From Candidatus Aminicenantes bacterium (GTDB lineage: Bacteria > Acidobacteriota > Aminicenantia > Aminicenantales > JAFGBC01), in contig OY969696.1 of the NCBI GenBank assembly GCA_963702005.1, forward strand, positions 3,808,001-3,872,000: a stretch of DNA of 64,000 nucleotides, written 5' to 3'. Of the stretch, positions 46,670 through 56,845 are shown in pieces. Under the pieces are notes generated by a model. That model ran no database searches and was not told the DNA's origin. It saw only the letters and a program-made list of their open reading frames with translations. A program made the translations under genes and the position numbers. Position 1 is the stretch's first letter. Each line of letters begins with the position of its first letter.

Positions 46670-47679
46670 ACATATTGAGGGAACATATTGAGGGTCGGAC
46701 ATATTGAGGGTCGGACCGGACTATCCCTTTAGAAAGAAAATAGTTATCAGCCTTTTTCTCGGATTTCGAACCCCAATATGAGTTTTTTGGGGCGCGAAAA
46801 CGTCCATTATAAAGAAGGAAGAACTCATGCCCAGAGCTAATCGATATCATATTCCCGGCTATATCTGGCATCTCACCCATCGATGCCATAAAAAAGAATT
46901 TCTCCTCAAGTTTTCCAAGGATCGTCGGAGGTGGATGGCCTGGCTATTCCAGGCCAAGAAACGCTATGGTCTCAAGATATTGAACTTCGTCGCGACGCTT
47001 AACCATATTCATCTTCTGGTTGCGGATGGCGACAAGCCCCACGTAATTCCGAAATCTCTTCAGTTGATTGCGGGCAGGACGGCACAGGAATTCAACATTA
47101 GGAAGCGCCGAAATGGAGCCTTCTGGGAAGACCGATATCATGCCACGGCTATCGAGAATGGTATACATTTAATCAATTGCCTGACTTATATCGATCTGAA
47201 TATGGTCAGAGCGGGCGTAGTGAAACACCCGATTCAGTGGGCTCATAGCGGGTTCTATGAAATGGAGAGGGCCCCTCATCGTAAAGATTTGGTAGACTAC
47301 AGACGTCTATTGAAATATCTCGAGATTGGCACAATAGCTGAGCTTAGGGTCCTTCGGCGACGTTGGATAACAGAAAAAATGACGGCAAAAGAGATGGCTC
47401 GCGAGAGCCAATGGACTGAAAGCGTCGCCGTTGGGAGTCGCGAATTTTTGAACGAAATGAAAGAGCGCCAGGGTATAAGAACGTGGCGAAGAGCGATTGA
47501 ATCCATTGATGCTGGTTCATATCAATTGAAAGAGAGGCGGGGGATTTATTATGTTTTTAGGGTGAAAAGGCCATATTAAGGCTGTATATAGCCTGCAAAA
47601 TGCTCCGAACATCCTGACAATATTAGAGTTGCCTCGGTCCGACCCAAGGTTTAACCGACCCAAGGTTTAATATCTCCCC
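46670..47679 (+). mobile_element. RAYT/IS200-like transposase cassette with short inverted ends and terminal tandem duplications
   Basis: GGGTCGGACCG (46708-46718) and CGGTCCGACCC (47635-47645) are inverted; 16-bp tandem duplications at both ends; low-GC interior. Confidence 0.75.
46827..47579 (+). CDS. REP-associated tyrosine transposase-like Y1 HUH protein
   Basis: MPR..R....GY..H.T.R, NHIHLL (HUH), FWEDRYHA, YIDLNMVRAG.V.HP..W. Confidence 0.88.
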   Translation: MPRANRYHIPGYIWHLTHRCHKKEFLLKFSKDRRRWMAWLFQAKKRYGLKILNFVATLNHIHLLVADGDKPHVIPKSLQLIAGRTAQEFNIRKRRNGAFWEDRYHATAIENGIHLINCLTYIDLNMVRAGVVKHPIQWAHSGFYEMERAPHRKDLVDYRRLLKYLEIGTIAELRVLRRRWITEKMTAKEMARESQWTESVAVGSREFLNEMKERQGIRTWRRAIESIDAGSYQLKERRGIYYVFRVKRPY

Positions 47680-47691
47680 AGAGCTAGCTGA

Positions 47692-48708
47692 TCAGCGTCG
47701 GGTCAGCAGGCGTTCGACGCCGTGCCCGGCGGCCAGGTAGAATTGGAAATCGAAGGCGTTGTCGTCGAGGTCGATCGGCGTCGTTCCGGTAGCCCGGAAA
47801 AAGTCCTTCTCGATCTCGCGCGCCTTTCCCCGGGGGCGGGGTCCATCCTCGGGGCCGTACTCGCGCCAGAACGCCCGCCACGCCTCCCGCGCGGCCGCCG
47901 GCAAATCATCCACGCTCACGTAGGGCTTGCCCTGCGCGTCGAGACGGATCCAGTTCTCCGCGAGGGCGCGGACGAGAGGGTAGAGATGGGGCCGGCCGGG
48001 GTCGTCGGAGAAATAATGGAACAGCCGGGTGTCGTCGATGTAGGTGTAGTAAATGTCCCAAAGCGGCTCTTCCGAGCCCAGCCAGGCTGCGCCGTACCCC
48101 GCGACGAGGTCGATCTCGTCGGAGTAGCCGACGAGCGTCAGATCTTTGGGGTCGAGCGTGCGGTCGCTGTAATATAGGGGGACGTACGATTCCGCCAGGG
48201 CGCGAACGGTCGGATAGTCGGCGGGACGGCCGACGAGCCCGGGATACCTCGATTGCGCGTTCGAGCCGTAAAGCCCCGTGCGCGGGTCGCGCCAGACGAC
48301 GAGGTTGTGGTCCGCGTCCTGGCTCGCCTCGAGCATGACCAGGCGGGGCTCGTGGCCGTGCAGGAAGTTGTCGGCGTAGGCGAACATGGCGCCCTCGAAG
48401 CAATGGGCCATGGCCGTCTGGAGGACGCGGCGCGGCGACATCGCGGTCTCTTCCTGTTCGACCGCCGCGTGGTCGTCGTTGTAGTAAAGCCGGCTGTCGA
48501 GAAACTCCTGAACCTTGCAGGGCGTATCGAGGGCGGCCAGCACGACGGATTCGTCGTCGCCGAAGCGCAATCCCCATTGCGCGCAACGCGCCGCGAACCG
48601 CGCCGCCGCCGCGGGATCGACGGCGCCGCGATAGAGCCCGACGAACTCCTTGAGTTGATCCCCCGGCGCCGGGTGAACGATGCCTTCCTTGGGAATCGGC
48701 TTGCTCAT
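47692..48708 (-). CDS. Hypothetical protein with putative transglutaminase/papain-like Cys-His core
   Basis: LDTP.KVQ.FL...Y, SPRRVL...AHCFEGA.FA, DADH.L; start reassigned to MSKPIPKEG because the upstream frame overlaps the next gene. Confidence 0.6.
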   Translation of the reverse strand: MSKPIPKEGIVHPAPGDQLKEFVGLYRGAVDPAAAARFAARCAQWGLRFGDDESVVLAALDTPCKVQEFLDSRLYYNDDHAAVEQEETAMSPRRVLQTAMAHCFEGAMFAYADNFLHGHEPRLVMLEASQDADHNLVVWRDPRTGLYGSNAQSRYPGLVGRPADYPTVRALAESYVPLYYSDRTLDPKDLTLVGYSDEIDLVAGYGAAWLGSEEPLWDIYYTYIDDTRLFHYFSDDPGRPHLYPLVRALAENWIRLDAQGKPYVSVDDLPAAAREAWRAFWREYGPEDGPRPRGKAREIEKDFFRATGTTPIDLDDNAFDFQFYLAAGHGVERLLTRR

Positions 48709-48791
48709 ATCTTCCGATACCCCGTCGGCTCGACGGCCGGTCGCCACGGAGTCATCGGTCCTCCCGGTCAGCCACGGGGCTAAGCCGCCCC

Positions 48792-50108
48792 TCAGAATTC
48801 GAAGCTGATGACGCCCGTCCGCCCGGCCATCTGCTTCCGGATGTCCTCGATAAAAAGCTTGCCCTCTTTCTGGGCTTTGACGGCCCGGAAGATCTCGGCG
48901 GTCGTCAGCAGGGCGTTCCCGTCTTTCTGAGCTTCCTCGGCCATCCGTCCCGAGAACGGATTCGGCCGGAGGCCGGCGTCCTGCCCGGAAAAATAATTGC
49001 CGACGAGTACGGACTTCATCCGCGTGTTCCCGAACTCTTGCATCCGCCGGCCCTTGTATCTTTGGAGGAGCATGGCGTCCTCGTCGGCGGCGCCGCCCGT
49101 TCCGCTCCGAATATTGATGAGGAAGACGGGCTCCTGGCCCAGCTTCTCCTCGACCTTGAGGTCGTTCTTCTCGAACAGCCAGAGGTCTTCCTCCTTGGAG
49201 CGGATGACCCGCTTCCAATAGTCGTCGACGTCGATGGTCTGCCAGCCCAGATAATTCATGGCTTCGACGAGGGCCCCCTTGAGCTGGGCCCCGTCGGCGA
49301 CGAGAAGCCGCTGGAACCGCTCCTGGCTCTTGGACTTGGCCTCCTTAATCTTGAGGTCGAGCCGGCGCAGGATCTCATCATACTCTCGCTGAACTTCCTC
49401 TCTCTGCTTTTGAAGCCGCCCCAGCTCCGGGAACTGGTAATCGGCCTTCTCGAGCCAATGGCCCTGCTCGGCGAAGAGCTGGGGAGCCAGGGTCGGCAGG
49501 ATCTCGCGGAGGATGAACTGCGCGACTTCGAGGTTCTTGTCGCCGAACCAGGGCAGCAGAAGATAGCCGCCCTGACCCCTCTGAGCGAGGAGGGCGACCG
49601 GGAGGCCGTCGGCGCTTTGGGCCAGGACCCGGACCTTGAAGGCCCGGTCCGCCGCGCGGAGGTCGATGTCCCAGCTGGTGGCGTAGTGGGCGGGAAGGAG
49701 CTCGAAGGCGTGGAGGATGTGCCTGCTGAACGAGAGGAACAGGGAGTCCAAGGGCTTGTCTTGGCCGGGGACGACGGCGCCCGGCGTGGGATTGTCCTTG
49801 TACTCGAGCTCGGGAATGACCCCGATTACGTTCGTAAGATGGAACAGGGCGCTGGGGCCGATGAAGCAGGTCACGTAGCCGCCCCTCTCGACGAGGTTTT
49901 CGACGGCCGCCGAGCCGCCCGCGTGGACGTGGCTGGCCGGGTTGTCGTGGAGGACCTCGTAAAAGATGATCCGGCAATCCTTGTCGAGGACAAGGGGATC
50001 GGCCTTCAGGGATTTCCAGTTGGTGACTTGGAGGCCGGCGTCGAAGCCCTTGCCGCGCAGGTCGTCGAGATCCTTGGGTTCGAAATCCAGCAAAAGTATT
50101 TTGGCCAT
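48792..50108 (-). CDS. Hypothetical protein with coiled coil and C-terminal Mrr-like PD-(D/E)xK fold, apparently degenerate
   Basis: L..AL..LGW...DVD...EEDLW...FLINIRSG.G...D...L.RY..RR...K.VLVGN....P..R..PF...A......LLTT..IF pattern. Confidence 0.55.
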   Translation of the reverse strand: MAKILLLDFEPKDLDDLRGKGFDAGLQVTNWKSLKADPLVLDKDCRIIFYEVLHDNPASHVHAGGSAAVENLVERGGYVTCFIGPSALFHLTNVIGVIPELEYKDNPTPGAVVPGQDKPLDSLFLSFSRHILHAFELLPAHYATSWDIDLRAADRAFKVRVLAQSADGLPVALLAQRGQGGYLLLPWFGDKNLEVAQFILREILPTLAPQLFAEQGHWLEKADYQFPELGRLQKQREEVQREYDEILRRLDLKIKEAKSKSQERFQRLLVADGAQLKGALVEAMNYLGWQTIDVDDYWKRVIRSKEEDLWLFEKNDLKVEEKLGQEPVFLINIRSGTGGAADEDAMLLQRYKGRRMQEFGNTRMKSVLVGNYFSGQDAGLRPNPFSGRMAEEAQKDGNALLTTAEIFRAVKAQKEGKLFIEDIRKQMAGRTGVISFEF

Positions 50109-50278
50109 CGTTCCCTTCCGGTATTTTTATCAAAATCGAGCGAGGGTGTCAATCTCGGGGACATGAAATCTTAGCCCTACTCATCATTGACATAGCTCCT
50201 CGGCTGGAAATATCATGGCGTAGCCCCATGATCAAGCGGGGCGGGAAGGTTCAACCCGTGGCGAAAGGAGACACGCCG

Positions 50279-53200
50279 ATGAGGACGAGGGAAAAAACGA
50301 AGCGGATAGGCTGGGTCGCCGTTGTCATGACTCTGCTGGGAACATGGGCCGCGGGAGCCCAGAACTCCGGCGATGCCCTCGAGCGCGGCTTCAAAAACCC
50401 GCCGGATAGCGCCAAACCGCGCGTTTGGTGGCACTGGATGAACGGCAACATCACCAAGGACGGGATCAAGGCCGATCTGGAATGGATGAAGCGCGTCGGG
50501 ATCGGCGGCTTCCAGAACTTCGACGCCGCGCTCAATACGCCGCAGGTCGTCGAGAAACGGCTTATCTACATGACGCCGGAGTGGAAGGACGCGTTCAAAT
50601 ACGCCGCCACCCTGGCCGACCAATTGGGTCTGGAGATGGCTATCGCGGGATCACCCGGCTGGAGCGAGACCGGAGGCCCTTGGGTGCCGCCCGCCCAGGC
50701 GATGAAGAAGCTGGTCTGGAGCGAGACCCGTCTGGAGGGCGGCCGGCCGTTCAAAGGCGTTCTGCCCAGGCCTCCATCCACGACCGGACCATTCCAAAAC
50801 ATCGGGCGCGGAGGATCCGGTGGCGGAACATCCGCGCCCCCTCCCGAATATTATGGCGACAGCGCGGTCGTCGCTTATCGCCTGCCGGACGGCGATCTCT
50901 CGATGGCCGAGCTGCAGCCGATAGTGTCCTGCAGCGGCGGTCAATTCGAACTGGCCGGACTGACCGACGGCGACCTGGCGAAAACCCTCTTTCTGCCCGC
51001 CGCGCCCGTTGACCAGAAGGCTTGGATCCAGTTCGAGTTCGATAAGCCTCAGGCCGTTCGGGGTCTAAGCATCGTGGCTTATTACACCGAGAGGAGAGGC
51101 GAAAGCAGCCAGGCCTTGGAAGCCAGCGACGACGGCCGGCAATTTCGAACGATCGAAACGATCCCGGGCGGCGAAACGCCCCAACGAACCATTACGTTTC
51201 CCGCGGTCGCCGCCAAATTCTTCCGCTTGACGTTCAAGACGCCTCAGCCTCCCGCGGCCGGCCGGGGCGGACCGGTCAGCGGCGCGCCCGCGGAACCGGC
51301 CGGGACGAAGATTGCCGAGATCATTCTGCACACAGGAGCGCGGGTGAATAGGTTCGAGGAGAAGGCGGCTTTTTCGGCGGCGACCAACCTTGACAGCCTC
51401 GCGACGCCTACCGTTCAGATCCAAGACGCCGTGCGCAAAGCCGACGTCGTCGACTTGACTTCGAAGATGCGCCGGGACGGCAGGCTGGACTGGACGCCGC
51501 CGGCCGGCCGCTGGATCGTCCTGCGGCTGGGCTACTCGCTGACCGGCGCCCGCAACGCCCCGGCTTCGCCCGAAGCGACCGGCCTGGAGGTGGACAAGCT
51601 CAACCGCGGCCACGTCGAGGCCTATCTCAACAATTATCTGGGCCGGTATAAGGACATGCTGGGCGCTCTGATGGGCAAGCGCGGCCTGCAATTCGTGATC
51701 ACGGACAGTTGGGAAGCCGGAGTTCAGAATTGGACCGAAGATATGATCTCGGAATTCGCCAAGCGCCGCGGGTATGACCCGCGTCCCTGGCTCCCGGTCC
51801 TGACCGGCCGCGTGGTGGAGAGCGCGGAATCGAGCGACCGCTTCCTCTGGGATCTCCGCAAGACCATCGGCGACCTGACGACGGAATACCACTACGACCA
51901 GATCTCCGCCTCTTTGCACAAGCTCGGGATGGGCCGCTATACAGAATCTCACGAATCCGGGCGGGCTTTCATCGGAGACGGGATGGAAGTGAAGCGGAAC
52001 GCCGAGATCCCCATGAGCGCGCTGTGGACGCCGGAAAGCTCCAGTGACGAGCCGCCCGGGTACAGCGTCGATATCCGCGAGTCGGCTTCCGTGGCTCACA
52101 TCTACGGCCAGAATCTCGTGGCCGCGGAATCGCTGACGGCCTACGGAGGCAGACGGGGCGCATGGAGTTGGTCTCCCGAAACGCTGAAACCGACCGCGGA
52201 CACGGAGCTGGCGATGGGCCTGAACCGCTTCGTCCTCCACACGTCGGTTCATCAGCCGGTATCGGACAAAATCCCGGGCCTCTCGCTCGGGCCGTTCGGT
52301 CAGTGGTTCACGCGGCACGAAACCTGGGCCGAGTTTGCCAAGCCCTGGACGACATATCTGGCCCGCAGCTGCTACATGCTCCAACAGGGAAAGTTCGTCG
52401 CCGACGTGCTCTACTTCTACGGCGAGGACTCCAACATCACGGCCCTCTTTGAAGAGAAGCCCCCGGATATCCCCGCCGGCTACAATTTCGACTTCATCAA
52501 CGCCGATGCGATCATGCACCGCCTGTCCGCGGAAGGCGGACGGATCACGACGCCGAGCGGCATGAGCTACGCCGTGCTGGCCCTCGATGCCAACAGCCTG
52601 CGCATGACCCTGCCCGTCCTGCGCAAGATCCGCGAGCTGGTGGGCGCGGGCGCCGCGGTCGTGGGTTCCAAACCCGTCGACTCTCCGAGCTTGAGCGACA
52701 ATCAAGCGGAGTTCCGTTCCATCGCCGACGAGCTCTGGGGTTCGGGCGAGGGCGAACGGTCTTACGGCCAGGGCAAGATCTATACGGGGCAGACGATCGG
52801 ACAGGCGTTGGCCGCCTTGGGAGTGGAGCCTGACTTCGAATACACCAAGCCGCGGGCGGACACGAAACTCCTGTTCGTGCACCGCAAGCTGGCCGACGGC
52901 GACGTCTTCTGGATTGACAACCGCGACAAACGCGCGGAGACGCTGGAAGCGAGCTTCCGGGTCCAGGGGAAGGATGCGGAGCTTTGGCATGCCGACACCG
53001 GCGAGGCGGAGCCGGCCCCTTACTTGATCGCGAACGGCCGCACCACCGTGCCGTTGCGCCTCGATCCTTATGACGCGGTGTTCGTCGTATTCCTCAAGCC
53101 GGCCACAACGCAGGCGAGGGCGCTACCGCAGGAGATCGAAACGCCGCTCGGCACGGTGGAGGGTCCTTGGACGGTCCGTTTCCAGGCTGAGCGCGGGGCG

Positions 53201-53635
53201 CCCGCGCAGATCACGCTCGACGCGTTGACCTCGTGGAGCGAGAGCGCCGACGCGGGCGTCAGGTACTTCTCCGGCACGGGAACCTACATCAAGACCTTCC
53301 AGGCGCCGGCCGATTGGATGAAGTCCGGCGCGCGGCTGTGGCTCGATCTCGGCGACGTGAAAAACCTGGCCGAGGTGTCGGTCAACGGCCGGCCGCTGGG
53401 CATCGTCTGGAAAGCGCCTTTCCGGGTCGAGGTGACCGGGACGATCAAACCGGGCCCGAACGAATTGCAGGTCAAGGTGACGAACCTGTGGGTGAACCGG
53501 CTGATCGGCGACCAGCAGCCCGACGCGGCGAAGAAGTTCACCTACACAACGCAGCCGTTCTATCGGGCCGACTCGCCGCTGTTGCCGTCAGGACTTCTGG
53601 GACCGGTGCGGATCCTGCGGTCCGCGACGGAGTAG
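50279..53635 (+). CDS. GH106 alpha-L-rhamnosidase-like glycoside hydrolase, copy 3, with discoidin (F5/8C)-like insert
   Basis: PPDSAKPRVWWHWMNGN, GWSETGGPW, LTDGD...WIQFEF, TDSWE, AAESLT, NLWVNRLIGD; AAAGGAG RBS before 50279. Confidence 0.87.
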   Translation: MRTREKTKRIGWVAVVMTLLGTWAAGAQNSGDALERGFKNPPDSAKPRVWWHWMNGNITKDGIKADLEWMKRVGIGGFQNFDAALNTPQVVEKRLIYMTPEWKDAFKYAATLADQLGLEMAIAGSPGWSETGGPWVPPAQAMKKLVWSETRLEGGRPFKGVLPRPPSTTGPFQNIGRGGSGGGTSAPPPEYYGDSAVVAYRLPDGDLSMAELQPIVSCSGGQFELAGLTDGDLAKTLFLPAAPVDQKAWIQFEFDKPQAVRGLSIVAYYTERRGESSQALEASDDGRQFRTIETIPGGETPQRTITFPAVAAKFFRLTFKTPQPPAAGRGGPVSGAPAEPAGTKIAEIILHTGARVNRFEEKAAFSAATNLDSLATPTVQIQDAVRKADVVDLTSKMRRDGRLDWTPPAGRWIVLRLGYSLTGARNAPASPEATGLEVDKLNRGHVEAYLNNYLGRYKDMLGALMGKRGLQFVITDSWEAGVQNWTEDMISEFAKRRGYDPRPWLPVLTGRVVESAESSDRFLWDLRKTIGDLTTEYHYDQISASLHKLGMGRYTESHESGRAFIGDGMEVKRNAEIPMSALWTPESSSDEPPGYSVDIRESASVAHIYGQNLVAAESLTAYGGRRGAWSWSPETLKPTADTELAMGLNRFVLHTSVHQPVSDKIPGLSLGPFGQWFTRHETWAEFAKPWTTYLARSCYMLQQGKFVADVLYFYGEDSNITALFEEKPPDIPAGYNFDFINADAIMHRLSAEGGRITTPSGMSYAVLALDANSLRMTLPVLRKIRELVGAGAAVVGSKPVDSPSLSDNQAEFRSIADELWGSGEGERSYGQGKIYTGQTIGQALAALGVEPDFEYTKPRADTKLLFVHRKLADGDVFWIDNRDKRAETLEASFRVQGKDAELWHADTGEAEPAPYLIANGRTTVPLRLDPYDAVFVVFLKPATTQARALPQEIETPLGTVEGPWTVRFQAERGAPAQITLDALTSWSESADAGVRYFSGTGTYIKTFQAPADWMKSGARLWLDLGDVKNLAEVSVNGRPLGIVWKAPFRVEVTGTIKPGPNELQVKVTNLWVNRLIGDQQPDAAKKFTYTTQPFYRADSPLLPSGLLGPVRILRSATE

Positions 53636-53657
53636 AAAAAGGCGCCCTGAAACGGTT

Positions 53658-53713
53658 CAAAATCAGGGAAAAAGGGGATGTTGGTTGGTGGAGCTGATAG
53701 GATTTGAACCCAC
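53658..53713 (-). repeat. Duplicated 3' end of tRNA-Ala plus its downstream flank (att-like direct repeat)
   Basis: TGGTGGAGCTGATAGGATTTGAACCCAC (53686-53713) matches 63234-63261 at 27/28; adjacent CAAAATCAGGGAAAAAGGGGATGTTGGT resembles 63204-63233. Confidence 0.88.
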
Positions 53714-53750
53714 TTCGAACATCATTCCCGGATGGATCTAGGGGGGCACG

Positions 53751-56700
53751 TCAGCTTCCCAAAGCCGCTAGCCGTTTCTTCGCATCCGGAACCTCGGGCA
53801 GGCCGGGGTCGGCGTCTTTCCAGAGGTCGAGGAATTTGCGGAAGTTCTGGCTGGCGCGCGCCTTATCCCCCTGCCGCTCGGCGATCCTTCCTAGCATGTA
53901 GTACGCCTTGGCGTAGAGATCGCCGTCGGCAACCCGGCCGAATGTAAGAAGCGTAATTTTTTCGTATCCCTTGCGAGCCTCGTCCAGGTCTCCCGATTCA
54001 TAAAGGGCTCGGGCGAGATTATTAAAGAAGGAGGCGTATTCGACGCTCCATTCGGTTTCGAAATCAAGGCGGCCACATGCTCTTCCAAAGAGATCTGCGG
54101 CTTGGCGATAGTTCTTCTTCCCAAATTCGATCAGCCCGAGGATGTACTCGTACCACCGGAGCTCCTTTATGTTGATGCCCTTCTCGATTAAAGACTTCAG
54201 CTCCCCGGCCGTCTTTTGGGCTTCAGCGAAGGATCTGATTTCCGCCTGAATTCTTCCTTTCCAGAAAAGATCACCTTTTTGTTGACTGGGCAAATAGGGC
54301 AGGCTGGTTTCTGCGGCCGATTTTCGATACTCGGCGGAGAGCTTCAGATACTGGTCAAAGGCTCGAGAGGCTTCCTCATAGCGTCCGGCTTTTTCCAACG
54401 CCCATGACAACCCTCCATAGGCATTAGCTTCGTTCCCTTTATCCCCTTTTGACTTCTCAAGATTCTGGCGGCTAATGTTGACGTTCTCTTCGAATTTTCC
54501 GCGAATCAGAAGAAGTGCATCCTTGCCTAAGATTTTCTCCGCCCCGGCAAAATCGTCTTTACAGAAAAGGACACGGCCTTTGAGTTCTTTATTCGAAGGG
54601 TTCAGGAGATAGAGTTTTTCCGCCTCCGTCAGAGCCGGGTCGAATTCCCTCCGGCACAAATAGCTGGTAAATAACGCCTCGCGAACGTAGCTATTATCCT
54701 CGACATCCTGGAGGAAGGACCGACAGACGTCCTCTGCTTTCTGATAGAGGCCCTTTCTCATATAGGCTATCGCCAGGTTCCCCGTGTTGACGGCTGTTCT
54801 TAGGCTTTGAACACAGAATTCATATCCCTCTATCGCCCTGTCAACATCGCCGACTTCGTCATAAGCATAGGCCAACCAGTAGGCTCCAAGCTCGTGATGG
54901 GGGTAGATCTTCAGTAATCTTTCCAGGACCTCGATAGCTTTTGCATAGTCTTCTTCACAATGATACCAGTTGGCTTCGATTAACAGCCGCTCATTTTCAG
55001 AAAGGCGGTCGCTCAGCTCCAGGGCTTTTTTAAGGTATTTCCGGTATATGGCAAAGTCGTTCCTCTGCATGGCCAGAGATCTGTAGGCCATGGCGAATTC
55101 GGGGTCTATCTCCACCGCTTTCTCAAAAAAGGGGACGCCTTGCTCGCCTTCTCCCTTGCATATGTATCTGCGGCCTTCGACGTAATACTTGAGGGCTTCG
55201 GGAGAAGAGGTTGTGATTTTGTCGGCCTCTTTTCCGATGTCGCCGGCAATCTGGGCCGCCGTGAGATTAAGCCCCTCCTTGACCTGACGCGTCAGCTCAT
55301 CCACTTTGACGATGATGTCTTTTTCGTTGTTGGCCTCCAGCCTGAGAGGGCTGGAGCTTTCGCCCGTGCCCGGCTTCTGAAGCCCGGCCGTGATTATGAA
55401 ACTCTCGCCCGCCTTGATGAAGCTGCCCCTGAGCACATGGGTCGCCCGGCATTGGGCAGCGATCTTTTCGATGTCCTCGGAGGAATATTTTCGAGCTTCG
55501 GCCAGGCCGAGTCTCTTGAGGATTGTGAACATTTCCTCGCTGGTTACGACTCGGATAAATTTGGATTGTTGGAGGTCCTCGATGAGAAGTTCAGCCAAAG
55601 CGTCGCGCCAACTATCTAATTTCGCGTCTCCGGACTTGTTCTCGAAATAAAGGACGGCGAGACTCGGCTGGCCGGAGGCGGAAGGCGACGCGAGAGGCTT
55701 TTTTGAGGGTATGATGCGCCAAAGGAACACTCCCGCGATGATGAGAACAAGCAGCGCAGCGGCCGGAATAAGAAGCTTCTTCGGCGTGAACTTCAGGGTG
55801 ATCTCCCGCGAGGTCATCGGCTTGCTCTCAGGGACGACCCGCTCCGTCGTCGGGATGCCCTTTTCGATCTTCTCCAGCTCGGAATGGACGTCGGAGGCGC
55901 CTTGGTATCTCTTTGTCTTATCTTTATCCAGGCATTTCAGGATGACCCCACTCAAGTCGTCGGGGATAAGCGGGTTGAGCTGTTTTGGATTCTTGGGAGC
56001 TTCCCCCTTATGCTTCATCGCGATGCTGAGGGCCGTCTCCCCCGTGAACGGCACATGGCTCGTGGCCATCTCGTAAAGGATGATCCCCAGGGAATAGATA
56101 TCCGAGCGCTGGTCCACGTCCTTGGCCTCGGCCTGTTCCGGGCTCATGTACTCCGGCGTCCCGATCATCACCCCCGCCCCGGTGATTCCCTTCTCCCGGA
56201 CCGAGCGGGCGATCCCAAAGTCCATGATCTTGGCGTTCCCGCCCTTGTCGATCATGATGTTCTGCGGCTTCAGGTCCCGGTGGACGACGCCAAGGCTATG
56301 GGCTTCGGCCAGGCCGTCGCAAACCTGCTTGCCGACGCTCAGCACCATCCCGATGCTCAGGCTGCCCGACATCCGGATCATGCTTTTCAGGTCCTCGCCC
56401 GAGACATACTCCATGGTGATGAAGTGGGCGCCTTCGGCCTCGCTCAGGTCGAACATCTTGCAGACGTTCCGGTGCCCAATCCTGCGCGACAGCCGGATCT
56501 CATTGCTGAAGCGCTCAATCGTGTCCTCGTCCGAGGCGATCTCGGGCTTGATCAGCTTGAGGGCTATCTTTTCCTTGATCTTGGTGTCGAAGACCTTATA
56601 AACCCGCCCCATGCCGCCGTGGCCCAGCTCCTCGATGACCTGGTAACGGCCGGCAAAGGTCGAGCCTGTGGTGAGCTCTATGATGGGCGTGCCTACGGTC

Positions 56701-56807
56701 TCGGTTCTGGAGTCAGGAGTATCCTTGGACGGAGGAAGCGGCGTCGCACATTTACCGCAATAGTTGGTATCGGCGGGATTATCAAAGTGACACTTGGGGC
56801 ATTTCAT
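53751..56807 (-). CDS. Zinc-ribbon Ser/Thr kinase-TM-TolB-N-like-TPR protein, paralog 1
   Basis: MKCPKC...[44 protein letters not shown], TPRs, tail LWKDADPGLPEV.DAKKRL. Confidence 0.93.
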   Translation of the reverse strand: MKCPKCHFDNPADTNYCGKCATPLPPSKDTPDSRTETVGTPIIELTTGSTFAGRYQVIEELGHGGMGRVYKVFDTKIKEKIALKLIKPEIASDEDTIERFSNEIRLSRRIGHRNVCKMFDLSEAEGAHFITMEYVSGEDLKSMIRMSGSLSIGMVLSVGKQVCDGLAEAHSLGVVHRDLKPQNIMIDKGGNAKIMDFGIARSVREKGITGAGVMIGTPEYMSPEQAEAKDVDQRSDIYSLGIILYEMATSHVPFTGETALSIAMKHKGEAPKNPKQLNPLIPDDLSGVILKCLDKDKTKRYQGASDVHSELEKIEKGIPTTERVVPESKPMTSREITLKFTPKKLLIPAAALLVLIIAGVFLWRIIPSKKPLASPSASGQPSLAVLYFENKSGDAKLDSWRDALAELLIEDLQQSKFIRVVTSEEMFTILKRLGLAEARKYSSEDIEKIAAQCRATHVLRGSFIKAGESFIITAGLQKPGTGESSSPLRLEANNEKDIIVKVDELTRQVKEGLNLTAAQIAGDIGKEADKITTSSPEALKYYVEGRRYICKGEGEQGVPFFEKAVEIDPEFAMAYRSLAMQRNDFAIYRKYLKKALELSDRLSENERLLIEANWYHCEEDYAKAIEVLERLLKIYPHHELGAYWLAYAYDEVGDVDRAIEGYEFCVQSLRTAVNTGNLAIAYMRKGLYQKAEDVCRSFLQDVEDNSYVREALFTSYLCRREFDPALTEAEKLYLLNPSNKELKGRVLFCKDDFAGAEKILGKDALLLIRGKFEENVNISRQNLEKSKGDKGNEANAYGGLSWALEKAGRYEEASRAFDQYLKLSAEYRKSAAETSLPYLPSQQKGDLFWKGRIQAEIRSFAEAQKTAGELKSLIEKGINIKELRWYEYILGLIEFGKKNYRQAADLFGRACGRLDFETEWSVEYASFFNNLARALYESGDLDEARKGYEKITLLTFGRVADGDLYAKAYYMLGRIAERQGDKARASQNFRKFLDLWKDADPGLPEVPDAKKRLAALGS

Positions 56808-56845
56808 CTTCCGCTCTCGAGATCAACCTCGCTCCCTTTTGTAGA

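Noticed and set aside
48709-49218. N-terminal extension of the 508-aa ORF 47692-49218
   Set aside because: It overlaps the 48792-50108 gene in another frame and has shadow-like composition; real start placed at 48708.
53686-53713. Second tRNA gene
   Set aside because: Only the T-arm and 3' acceptor strand are present; treated as an att-like repeat.
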